DNA from: an uncultured virus (IMG/VR IMGVR_UViG_3300036760_000336)
Taxonomy: Duplodnaviria; Heunggongvirae; Uroviricota; Caudoviricetes
DNA: 64,000 bases
Strand: one strand, 5' to 3'
Virus record (IMG/VR): IMGVR_UViG_3300036760_000336
Location: 1 to 64,000 of that record
Numbering within the stretch: position 1 is the first letter of the stretch; each line of letters opens with the position of its first letter. Of the stretch, positions 1-8,694 are shown piece after piece. The translations under genes were made by a program, and so were the position numbers. A model generated the notes under the pieces. That model was not told where the DNA came from, made no database searches, and saw only the letters and a list, made by a program, of their open reading frames with translations.

Positions 1-1
1 T

Positions 2-655
2 TTATTGCCATGTTTCTCTTTGTCCAGTCGCTTTTCTATATACTTTTATTTTATCAAGTAGTTGTCCTGCCGGAAGATTCATAATTGCCTGCTTAATTTT
101 TTCCTTCGGGATGTTTTTGTGGTACTTAAGAGCCAGTCTCATTAATTCTCCCCTCAATGGATTTTCTCCTCTGCTAAACATATATGCTCTTGGCCATACG
201 CCATATCGTTTTAACAATCTAATCATTCTCTGACCCGTTAAGATTTCATCTGGAATAATATAATCCTCAGAATAATAATCCCCGGGTTCGACTGTATATG
301 GATGTTCATCTCTTTCATCTCCTTCGGGCCGTTGTTGAAAAAGAGACTCTCCATCATAAATCTTGATAATGGCGGCTCTACGATAAAACTCGTCATCGGT
401 GACATCATGAAAATATTTTCCCATTTGATCTGCAATTTGAGCAGTTGCCGCCGATACAGCTTTATCCAGTTGTTGTTTGTCCGTGGCAAATATCAATTCT
501 TTTGCCAGACCGGCTTCTACTGCATCATCGTAAGAAACAGCAACAAATTTTCCAACACTCGGAACTAATCCAGATCTTTCAATACTTTTTAGATTGGCAA
601 CCGTGGTGCCATGATACAAAGTTTTTTCGGTTAGTAATGATTTGAGTTTTATCAT
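2..655 (-). CDS. ADP-ribosyltransferase/Tpt1(KptA)-like NAD-binding domain protein with MIKLKSLL leader
   Basis: MIKLKSLLTE leader then LYHGTT..L.SI..SGLVPS and a later IFATD strand, typical of the ART-fold H-G-T motif. Confidence 0.6.
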   Translation of the reverse strand: MIKLKSLLTEKTLYHGTTVANLKSIERSGLVPSVGKFVAVSYDDAVEAGLAKELIFATDKQQLDKAVSAATAQIADQMGKYFHDVTDDEFYRRAAIIKIYDGESLFQQRPEGDERDEHPYTVEPGDYYSEDYIIPDEILTGQRMIRLLKRYGVWPRAYMFSRGENPLRGELMRLALKYHKNIPKEKIKQAIMNLPAGQLLDKIKVYRKATGQRETWQ

Positions 656-1119
656 ACTGTTATTCTATGAACAGATATTATTCCATCTTTTTCCCATATG
701 CATCCAGAAGCAATACTCCAAGTATCATACCACGCATATATTCGTCTCGGTTGACATGGAGAAATTTCTATACCAGAATAATCCTCGGCCACACGTTTCC
801 AATTTATCCATGCACTAAAATTAAATGGTATATCTTTTGTTCTATATTTTTCTGAAAATGTTATAAGTTCATCTTGATTTTTTACATGTAAAACCTTGCT
901 AAAATTAATTTCTATTTTATAGAATACATTGCCCATCCATTCAGGCATGTTCCCTTCTACCCACTTAATCCATTCTAGTCCTATAGCATACCACAATCCT
1001 CTCGGTTTAATACTTGGATCTTCCATTTGTTTCACTGGAAATTTTAACGGTAAAATATCTTTCTTCGCCATGATAATTTTATCATCGGGTTTTATTTTTT
1101 CTTTTATTTTGTCAATCAT
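652..1119 (-). CDS. hypothetical protein
   Basis: 155-aa ORF, Trp-rich (KPRGLWYAIG..W..W), ATGA overlap with the next gene. Confidence 0.7.
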   Translation of the reverse strand: MIDKIKEKIKPDDKIIMAKKDILPLKFPVKQMEDPSIKPRGLWYAIGLEWIKWVEGNMPEWMGNVFYKIEINFSKVLHVKNQDELITFSEKYRTKDIPFNFSAWINWKRVAEDYSGIEISPCQPRRIYAWYDTWSIASGCIWEKDGIISVHRITV

Positions 1120-1122
1120 ATT

Positions 1123-2112
1123 TTAATATGGAGATTCTGTGGTTTTGACAAACTCTAAATCATAAAAAGGAATATCATCGGTCACATAATACGAATTTCC
1201 TCCACTATCACGACTTCCTATATCATCCATTTTTACATCAGTCAGTTCAGATTTTGGAATCCTAAACACAACTATGTTATGATATTCTTCATCATCAAAC
1301 TGGTGAAATGAGTGTTCTGCAATTTTGTATATCCAATAATCCAGTGTTCCTATGTCGCACAAAAATATTTTCCCACAGCTATACAAACCATAACTTGATA
1401 CTGTACGATTTACATCACTTTTCAATCCATAGTTTTCTATAGCTTCTGCATAAGGTGCTAACGTCACGTGATAGTAATAGTCATCATCTTCCGATTGTAA
1501 ATCTTCTCTTATGTCAGGATACTTTGCAACCCATTTTTTTCTTTCATCAGATGGATCAGATGTATATTTGTTCATCATATTTTCCGCTTGTTTTCGATTG
1601 AATCCCATATAATTCATTAGAAAATCCACCATCTGTGCTTTATAAGCCCGCATTTCTTCTGGATCAGTATAATATTTCTCACCCATCATTAAAGCATCAT
1701 AATTCACTTTATCAAACAATTTTTTGTGGAAATTAACTGCATGAATGAGTTCATGAAAAATTACACTATCAACATATTGACGATATCTTATTGTGGATTC
1801 ATTGTGGTATCCAGCGTGCAATTTGAACTTATTTAATTGACCTACAGTAATACTTTCTTTCTCACTATTTCCAAGATGATAATGGCCATAAGGTTTCAAG
1901 TCGGGGTCATCGGTATATACATAATAAATTCTAATAGATAAAATCTTATCAAGAAATGTGTCAATCAATTCATCCATTGTGAGACCAAACATAAGCAGTT
2001 GTTTCGAATCATAATCTCTTAATGTTCTTTTTATGTACGCACGAAGAGGTTCCCGAAATCTATCCGGATCGATGCTGAATTGTTCTCTCAATAATGTTTT
2101 TAGTCGTATCAT
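1123..2112 (-). CDS. zincin-like metallopeptidase domain fused to ART/Tpt1-like domain, MIRLKTLLRE leader
   Basis: HELIH (HExxH) plus downstream PEE.RAY; C-terminal YYHVT...I..YGLK...KIFLCD; start placed at ATG 2112 (ATGA overlap with the upstream stop). Confidence 0.6.
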   Translation of the reverse strand: MIRLKTLLREQFSIDPDRFREPLRAYIKRTLRDYDSKQLLMFGLTMDELIDTFLDKILSIRIYYVYTDDPDLKPYGHYHLGNSEKESITVGQLNKFKLHAGYHNESTIRYRQYVDSVIFHELIHAVNFHKKLFDKVNYDALMMGEKYYTDPEEMRAYKAQMVDFLMNYMGFNRKQAENMMNKYTSDPSDERKKWVAKYPDIREDLQSEDDDYYYHVTLAPYAEAIENYGLKSDVNRTVSSYGLYSCGKIFLCDIGTLDYWIYKIAEHSFHQFDDEEYHNIVVFRIPKSELTDVKMDDIGSRDSGGNSYYVTDDIPFYDLEFVKTTESPY

Positions 2113-3929
2113 ATCCATCTTCCCGTTTTTAAGTAATCGTATAAATTTTGTGCCGCATGTCTAACATTTTGTATTCCCTTTTCAGCTAACCAGTCATCTA
2201 CCTTAATCTTAACATCGTTAGATGGTAAAAAATCATTCCATATAATAGTATTTTTAGGATCTATAGCAAAATAACGAAATCTATCGGTTAATGGCAAACG
2301 ACTAAAAGGAAATTCTGAATGATCAACCTCAAGAACATCTGGAACCATTTCATCATAAGCATGTACAATTTCATCATGTACTACACCAATATATCCTCGC
2401 CGCTTATCTGTTTCTTTAGCGGATCTATAAGGACTTTTTATTTCACCTAATACTTTTTGTTCACTTATCATGCCCTTTGCGATAGTAATAGCCTCTTCCC
2501 GAGTGATATTAGGATTATCGTACCAGGCATCTGTAATAGCACCGAGAATCTTTCCAATTATCGGGCCTTCTGGAATTCCCATTGCTATAAGGTCATGTCC
2601 ATTAATAGGTAGAGTTGGTTTTTTCACTTGAATATCCAGTGCCTTCAAACGAGCACGGACGTTGGCAATTTGATTTGGCATTGCCGAAGCATCGGCGTGA
2701 GAAATATTATCAGCATGAATAAGATCAAGTACATGTTCCAATTGATCTCCAAGTTCAATCTTAAACTTACGAAGTGTCTTGTCAGAAAGTTTAGCCTCAT
2801 CACCACCTGGCTTTAAGCGCATATGATTTCTGACACCCGTTTTTACCGCAGCAATTAGTTCATTGGGGTACTTTAGATTACGCATAATTCTTTCTGCGAT
2901 TTCGGGGCCAACATCCTCATGCCCATAAAAATGTATTCCCGTTGGAGTTTCAGAACGAGTGACGATCTTTCCAATATCGTGAAATAATGCCATCAATCTA
3001 CGGACGATTTCTGGCTGTGTTCCCATAAGAACGGTAAGAGTATGGTCAAATACATCTTGAGTATGATGAATATTTTGAGTCATACCAATTGCTTGTTGGA
3101 GTTCTTTTGCTACATAAGGGAGCAATCCTGTATCACGCAATAGACGAATACCACGGGCAGGATTTTTAGATACAAGGATTTTGTTTAACTCATCACGAAT
3201 GCGTTCTTTTGATGTATTTCCGAGACGGTGAAGGTTTTTCTTTATACCATCAATAATTTCTGGTGCCAATTCAAATCCAAGTTGAATAGCAAATCTCACG
3301 GCTCTGAACATGCGAAGAGCATCATCCGTATAAATGATAGTGGGGTCGATTGAAGTACGAACGATTCTGTTTTTTAAATCGGCAATGCCTTTACCTGTTG
3401 GATCAATAATTTGTCCGGATGATATATTTTTGTAAAGGGCGTTGAATGTCAAGTCTCTGCGACTAGCATCAATTCTTATGTCGGGAGTATATTGAACTGT
3501 AGGTTTTCGGGTACTTGGATCATGATATTGTTCTTTGCGAAACATTACGGCATCCACGGATTCTTCTGCAAAATCGATACCATTCCATATAACTCCGTCC
3601 AGACGAAGATTTGCAGTTCCAAACGTTGGATAAATGACCGGATTGCTTCCCTCTTTGTAAATATTGAGTTTTTTACCGAGCCAAGTAGTAAACTCGATCC
3701 CGCCCTGAGGTTTGCCAACTACAATATCGGCATCTTTCGGTTCTTTGCCCAAAAGTTCATCACGCACAAATCCACCAACAAGAAAGACTTTGCCTTCCCA
3801 TTCACTTCCCTTGATCATTTCACGGAGAAATGACTCAAGCATTCTTGGTGTTGCTTTTGCTTCCATAAGCTCTGTCGATCTACATCTTCGCAGAATTTTT
3901 TCGGAGAGTAATGATTTTAGTTTGATCAT
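2109..3929 (-). CDS. cca: class II CCA-adding tRNA nucleotidyltransferase with HD domain, N-terminal leader and C-terminal extension
   Basis: GGFVRD..LG..KDADI, RKEQY, RRDLTFNA, DDALRMFRAVRF, ERIRDEL, HD motif LFHDIGK. Confidence 0.88.
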   Translation of the reverse strand: MIKLKSLLSEKILRRCRSTELMEAKATPRMLESFLREMIKGSEWEGKVFLVGGFVRDELLGKEPKDADIVVGKPQGGIEFTTWLGKKLNIYKEGSNPVIYPTFGTANLRLDGVIWNGIDFAEESVDAVMFRKEQYHDPSTRKPTVQYTPDIRIDASRRDLTFNALYKNISSGQIIDPTGKGIADLKNRIVRTSIDPTIIYTDDALRMFRAVRFAIQLGFELAPEIIDGIKKNLHRLGNTSKERIRDELNKILVSKNPARGIRLLRDTGLLPYVAKELQQAIGMTQNIHHTQDVFDHTLTVLMGTQPEIVRRLMALFHDIGKIVTRSETPTGIHFYGHEDVGPEIAERIMRNLKYPNELIAAVKTGVRNHMRLKPGGDEAKLSDKTLRKFKIELGDQLEHVLDLIHADNISHADASAMPNQIANVRARLKALDIQVKKPTLPINGHDLIAMGIPEGPIIGKILGAITDAWYDNPNITREEAITIAKGMISEQKVLGEIKSPYRSAKETDKRRGYIGVVHDEIVHAYDEMVPDVLEVDHSEFPFSRLPLTDRFRYFAIDPKNTIIWNDFLPSNDVKIKVDDWLAEKGIQNVRHAAQNLYDYLKTGRWI

Positions 3930-4666
3930 AAAGATCTCCTCAGGTAATTGACAAATTGTTGGTCATTCCCCGGATTTTGATTGAAGCTTTCGTGTTCAAA
4001 TTCTTTTGGAGGTTTTATTTCCTGCCCATTTATATCAATCAAATATATCTTGCGTAGTTTAATACTTCCTGGTCTGGTGAAAAATACTGCTTTAGATTTA
4101 TAACTGCTGTCCCACTCAATCATCATAAGTGCTATTTTGTGTAAAGCGTGTGGTTTAGTGAATACACTAAACACTCCTTGGAAATAACTTCCATCCCAGT
4201 TCCAAAAAGTATATTCGTTTTCCTTATCCGGAATGGGTTTTCCAGAGATTTCCCACGCCTTTTTTTTGAAATAATTTATATCTTTTGTACCAGAAATATG
4301 ATCGCTTGGGGGCACTCCACTCCCTTTAGAGTACCCTGCCCAGGCCCACGGTTCGGGTTCACGATATCCACGCCAAGCCCTATATTCTGCTTCTGGTGTC
4401 GTCCATGTTCTTGGTTCTCTTATGCTTGGTTCTGTATAGCCTAGTCCTCCGCCATAAGTCTGCAACACATCCCATGCTGCATTGATGTGTTGCATATCGA
4501 GAGTACTTCCGCCTTTATCTGGGTGATGTATTTTGACGAGTTCTCTATATGCTTTGGCAACATCTTTAATTGGCATAGATAAAGTATCTTTGACGCCGAA
4601 TTTGTCGAAAATATCTTCGGCTTTTTCGGGACTCATTCCCTCTATCAGTGCTTTTAACTTAATCAT
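3926..4666 (-). CDS. J-domain (DnaJ-like) protein with MIKLKALIE leader
   Basis: AYRELVKIHHPDKGG...INAAWDVL J-domain signature (HPD). Confidence 0.8.
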   Translation of the reverse strand: MIKLKALIEGMSPEKAEDIFDKFGVKDTLSMPIKDVAKAYRELVKIHHPDKGGSTLDMQHINAAWDVLQTYGGGLGYTEPSIREPRTWTTPEAEYRAWRGYREPEPWAWAGYSKGSGVPPSDHISGTKDINYFKKKAWEISGKPIPDKENEYTFWNWDGSYFQGVFSVFTKPHALHKIALMMIEWDSSYKSKAVFFTRPGSIKLRKIYLIDINGQEIKPPKEFEHESFNQNPGNDQQFVNYLRRSL

Positions 4667-4672
4667 ATTTAT

Positions 4673-5167
4673 TTACTTTTCATTCCATTCTATTTCTTCT
4701 CCATCCCATTCGCCAGTAGAAATTGCTATAGCGATATTTTGTGTCAAAGGTCTCCATTCGCCAGTACGTTCGTTAAACCAAGTATCTCCATTAGGATCTG
4801 TTTCTACGCTTGTATTTTCATCATACACGAATATCTCAAATTTAGCTTTCAAAGGATATTCTGCATAAAAATCGTGTTTTGATTCTTTATCTGATATGAC
4901 TCTGTATTTATTATATTTGAACCTTAATATTGGTTTATATCTATTTGGCTCATCTCTCCACAAAATATTACCATAGAAATTCGCCGCTCTAAATTCATCC
5001 GAAATGAATATTTTTCCTAAATTTAAAGTTCCTAATTCTCCTCCCTAATGTGGATCTTTAGATGGTAAAAGACCATGTTTTACTATTCCCGGCAATGCGT
5101 CAGGAGTAGTGGCGTGATAGAAATACTCGTATAAATCTTCTATCAGAATATCTTTGAGTTTAATCAT
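4673..5167 (-). pseudogene. ART/Tpt1-like protein with MIKLKDILIE leader interrupted by one in-frame TAG (5045-5047)
   Basis: manual translation from ATG 5167: MIKLKDILIEDLYEYFYHATTPDALPGIVKHGLLPSKDPH*GGELGTLNLGKIFISD..., in frame with the 4673..4963 ORF. Confidence 0.75.
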
Positions 5168-6521
5168 ACCCATACTTGTCTCGGCGTCCTCTGACCAATC
5201 TTATACCATATTTTTTTGCCAAACGTTCAACAACAGGTTTGACATAGAGCATTCCAGCCTCTGTGTATGGCCCTGGATCTAAAGCTCCTTTTCTTAGTTT
5301 TATTAGATGAAAGAAAATATTCAAAAGTTCTGTAGCATGTCCTTTGTCTTGATCTTCTTTGTGTGGGGTATCAACATTATCAAGATAAAATATTCCAGTA
5401 CCTGGTTCATAGGAATATACAAGACGTGAGAAAGGAGATTTTATTTCATATCCAAATAATCCATCGTCTACAAGTCCTTGTCTGGAAAATTCAATATCTT
5501 CTTTTAGAATTTTCTTTCCTTCGTCATACTTCTTTGGTGATCTATAAAAATCATGATTTCCAATAGATTTGGTTTTGACAAGAACTTTTGCCCACTTGGG
5601 GTTTGCCTTTTTTGGATTGAAATAAGCAATAGCTCCATTTGTAATATCTGGCAACTGGTCTCTCATTGCTAGATCAACAAGCTCAAGGGCTTTTATGTAT
5701 GCAGGATGTTCTTTGGCTGTTCCTGTGCGTTGAATATCTGCAAGGTTAATAGCTGCGGCTTTGGGATCTTTTACATTATTCCAGATAGAAAATTGATATG
5801 GTTTTAGAACAACATCTTTTGCCTTTTTAAAATTGCCGTGAGCACGATTCATTATAACATTCATAACAGCGTGCATTCCTACTTCTCCTTCTCCACGAGC
5901 TTCTCCCCAAAGAGTAGCTGCGATCACATATGCATTTTCAAATGTTTTAATATCTGCTACATTAGCTATTGAGGGATGATCTATGGATCGAATGATTGCT
6001 GGCGGCGGCAGATCTATAGTTTCTGGTATAGGTTTTTTTTCCTTTTTTCTCTTTATCAAATCAACAACACGTTTGATTTTGGGCCCGGCTTGATTAATTA
6101 GATTGTTGAGTCCAAAATGAAGCGGAGATGGCCAATCCCCATATTCAACCCATTTGCTGTCATCATGTTCCCAGTTTAGTTGTGGAGTGAATTCAAATGG
6201 AACAAGAACCAGATAGTTATGATATTTGAAATTTCTATGACGAAAAATATAGAGAAAAGACATTTTATAATTCCCATCATATCCAGTTTCTTCCTCTACT
6301 TCTCGGGTAACTGCATCTTTAGGGGATTCTCCATAATCTATTCTTCCACCAGTGAGATTCCATGTACCTGGTTCATTAACATTAGATGAACGAAGAAAAA
6401 GAAGTAATCTCCCGGTATCTTTTGAAATAAAGAGTGCTCCTGCGCCTTCATTTCCCCAAAATACATTAGGTACTTCATCTTCTTCTCTAAAAAAGGTTTT
6501 GTACGAACGAGGTATTGGCAT
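5160..6521 (-). CDS. multidomain protein: Nudix hydrolase + SleB/Hydrolase_2 cell-wall hydrolase + possible GNAT-like C-terminal domain
   Basis: Nudix box GGRIDYGESPKDAVTREVEEETG; TLWGEARGE...VIMNR...QFS.W...IGNHDFY; C-terminal QDKGHATELL resembles an acetyl-CoA binding loop. Confidence 0.8.
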   Translation of the reverse strand: MPIPRSYKTFFREEDEVPNVFWGNEGAGALFISKDTGRLLLFLRSSNVNEPGTWNLTGGRIDYGESPKDAVTREVEEETGYDGNYKMSFLYIFRHRNFKYHNYLVLVPFEFTPQLNWEHDDSKWVEYGDWPSPLHFGLNNLINQAGPKIKRVVDLIKRKKEKKPIPETIDLPPPAIIRSIDHPSIANVADIKTFENAYVIAATLWGEARGEGEVGMHAVMNVIMNRAHGNFKKAKDVVLKPYQFSIWNNVKDPKAAAINLADIQRTGTAKEHPAYIKALELVDLAMRDQLPDITNGAIAYFNPKKANPKWAKVLVKTKSIGNHDFYRSPKKYDEGKKILKEDIEFSRQGLVDDGLFGYEIKSPFSRLVYSYEPGTGIFYLDNVDTPHKEDQDKGHATELLNIFFHLIKLRKGALDPGPYTEAGMLYVKPVVERLAKKYGIRLVRGRRDKYGYD

Positions 6522-6560
6522 AATATGTCATTGATCTGCATGAGCAGATCATTGGACATA

Positions 6561-6570
6561 AATAAATATA
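6561..6570 (-). promoter_or_regulatory. candidate late promoter (TATATTTATT) for the minus-strand operon
   Basis: variant of the recurrent ATATTTATA motif about 40 nt upstream of ATG 6521. Confidence 0.45.
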
Positions 6571-6602
6571 GCGGATTTGACTCATCCTTTCCATTCCTTT
6601 CT

Positions 6603-6611
6603 ATATTTATA
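6603..6611 (+). promoter_or_regulatory. candidate late promoter ATATTTATA
   Basis: recurrent motif, upstream of the neck gene at 6740. Confidence 0.55.
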
Positions 6612-6739
6612 GATGATAATATGGTAGTAAAAAAGACAACAAATATTCTCTGCCTTGCCCGGAATGTGGTAGAGATCGATTGTATACTCAAAAGTGTTCG
6701 GTTCTAAACAATGTAAGAATGTTATAGGAGAATAAGACG

Positions 6740-7918
6740 ATGGCAGTGTCAAATCAAGATCTAATACGATTCCCCGGAAGTGGTTCAATGGTTCCCGGTA
6801 ATACCGCTTTTGGATTCTACGACAGTGATCCAACATTCCAGAAAGACTGTTATAATGCAATGGTTTGGGCGGCTCGCCGTCTCGGATATCCGTCTGTTGC
6901 AATTGAAATGATAGATGTTCAGTTCTACACGGCATATGAAGAATCTACTAATGTCTATAACGCCAAGGTCAACGAATATAATATGATCAACAACATGTTC
7001 ACTTTACAAGGACAAAGTATCAATGTTTTGGGTGATCTTCAAAATAGAGCTATTACTGGAACTGGACTTCCATATATGACGGTTCTTGCTAAAGATTATG
7101 GAACTGAGGCTGGTACTGGAGGAAAGGCAGATTGGAAAAAACATTTTATACAAATGAAACCTCAAGTCCAAGATTATGATCTTCAAAAGTTGCTTGGAGA
7201 TGTATATGAAGAATGTGATAAAATAACTGTTCGCCGGATTTTCCATTATGGGCCTCCAGCATTTGCTCGTATTTATGACCCATTTTCTATGACTGGAATG
7301 AGCTATTCCAATGTTTTACAAGAACTTGGATTTGGGGCTTATTCACCAGCGGTTCAGTTCCTTATGACGCCAATTTTCGAAGATTTGCTCCGTGGTCAAG
7401 CTATTCAGTTCAATGATATGGTTCGTAAATCAGCATATTCTTTTGAATTGAAAAATAACAAACTTCGTATATTTCCTATTCCGATGTATGGATACAAAGT
7501 TTGGATTGAATATACAAATGACAATGAGGTGTTTGCAAATGGATCTCTGACACCAATAGGAGATAAAGTTGCTTCTGATTTTGCCAATGTGCCTTATAAG
7601 AACCACACTTATTCGGATATAAATGACCCAGGAAGGCAATGGATTCGTGATTATTTTCTCGCAACATGCAAAGAGATCCTTGGAGCAGTGCGTCAGAAGT
7701 ACCAGACGTTGCCTATTCCAGGAGGAGAAGTAACTCTTGATGGAGCCGAACTTCGTTCTGAGGCTCAACAGACAAAAGAACTATTGCTTGATAACCTCAA
7801 ACAAATGCTTGAGGCTGCTGGTAAGTTCGCTCAAATGGAAAAGCAGTCTCAAATGGCAGAACAATTGCAGGAACAGTTAAAGCGTGTTCCCATGCCATAT
7901 GCCATTTATTTTGGATAA
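6740..7918 (+). CDS. neck/head-completion protein (T4 gp13-like)
   Basis: RRLGYP.V.IE N-terminus; W...Y.LA..KE.LG..R.KY...P.PGG.VTLDG..L..EA C-terminus; first gene of the tail module. Confidence 0.75.
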   Translation: MAVSNQDLIRFPGSGSMVPGNTAFGFYDSDPTFQKDCYNAMVWAARRLGYPSVAIEMIDVQFYTAYEESTNVYNAKVNEYNMINNMFTLQGQSINVLGDLQNRAITGTGLPYMTVLAKDYGTEAGTGGKADWKKHFIQMKPQVQDYDLQKLLGDVYEECDKITVRRIFHYGPPAFARIYDPFSMTGMSYSNVLQELGFGAYSPAVQFLMTPIFEDLLRGQAIQFNDMVRKSAYSFELKNNKLRIFPIPMYGYKVWIEYTNDNEVFANGSLTPIGDKVASDFANVPYKNHTYSDINDPGRQWIRDYFLATCKEILGAVRQKYQTLPIPGGEVTLDGAELRSEAQQTKELLLDNLKQMLEAAGKFAQMEKQSQMAEQLQEQLKRVPMPYAIYFG

Positions 7919-7923
7919 AGATT

Positions 7924-8223
7924 GTGGATAAACAAGAGTTAGTGGAAATAATCAAGACCTGTGTTGTCGAGGAACGATCCAAGTCGGATGTGTCATATAT
8001 CATCAAAATGCTTCACAATACGGATAGAAAGCATATCCATCACTGGGGAGTTGAAGAAGAAGGAAATAATATAGTTGTTAAATTGTACTCCTCTCTTATA
8101 GGACACAGTGCTTTGGAAAGATTTTTACAAGTTGCTGATAATAGAAAAGGAACTATTAGAATTTATCCTTACAAAGAACAAACCTGTATAGAGATTACTA
8201 TACCAATAAAATATGCAATATGA
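7924..8223 (+). CDS. hypothetical protein with helical leader (MDKQELVEIIKTCVVEE)
   Basis: GTG start, ATGA overlap with the next gene. Confidence 0.6.
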   Translation: MDKQELVEIIKTCVVEERSKSDVSYIIKMLHNTDRKHIHHWGVEEEGNNIVVKLYSSLIGHSALERFLQVADNRKGTIRIYPYKEQTCIEITIPIKYAI

Positions 8224-8693
8224 GTTTGCCAGGAAGATTTTTTTCAGAGCGTGATATATCATTCATCAATGGTGTAAATGACGAACTATTAGATGATGTT
8301 ATTCAGACAGAAGTGACACTATATAAGGCTTGTGCCGATGCCACACAGACTAACATTTATGGCGAAAGCAAACCATCGGTAGGCAAACAATATTATCCAG
8401 GTATTGAGATTGTTTGTCTCGTTGATCGTGCTGATATTACAACTGATGCTGACGATTTTGGGCCAGACCGTAAGCAAAACGTGGCATTCAAGTTTATGGA
8501 AAAAGATTTGCAAAAAGTCGATTTTTATCCACAAACTGGAGATTTGGTATTATTCAACGCTCGTTATCATGAAATTGATGAAATTGTTCGGGAACAACTC
8601 TTGGGAGGTATTCCTGAAAAAACATTTAGTATTATAACCAATACTCATTACACTCGCCTCAGCAAGGTGGATGTGGTAGAAAGGCAAAGCTAA
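8220..8693 (+). CDS. neck/head-closure protein (T4 gp14-like)
   Basis: NIYGE motif and P..GDLV.F...Y.EI beta-barrel pattern; position after the gp13-like gene. Confidence 0.6.
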   Translation: MSLPGRFFSERDISFINGVNDELLDDVIQTEVTLYKACADATQTNIYGESKPSVGKQYYPGIEIVCLVDRADITTDADDFGPDRKQNVAFKFMEKDLQKVDFYPQTGDLVLFNARYHEIDEIVREQLLGGIPEKTFSIITNTHYTRLSKVDVVERQS

Positions 8694-8694
8694 T

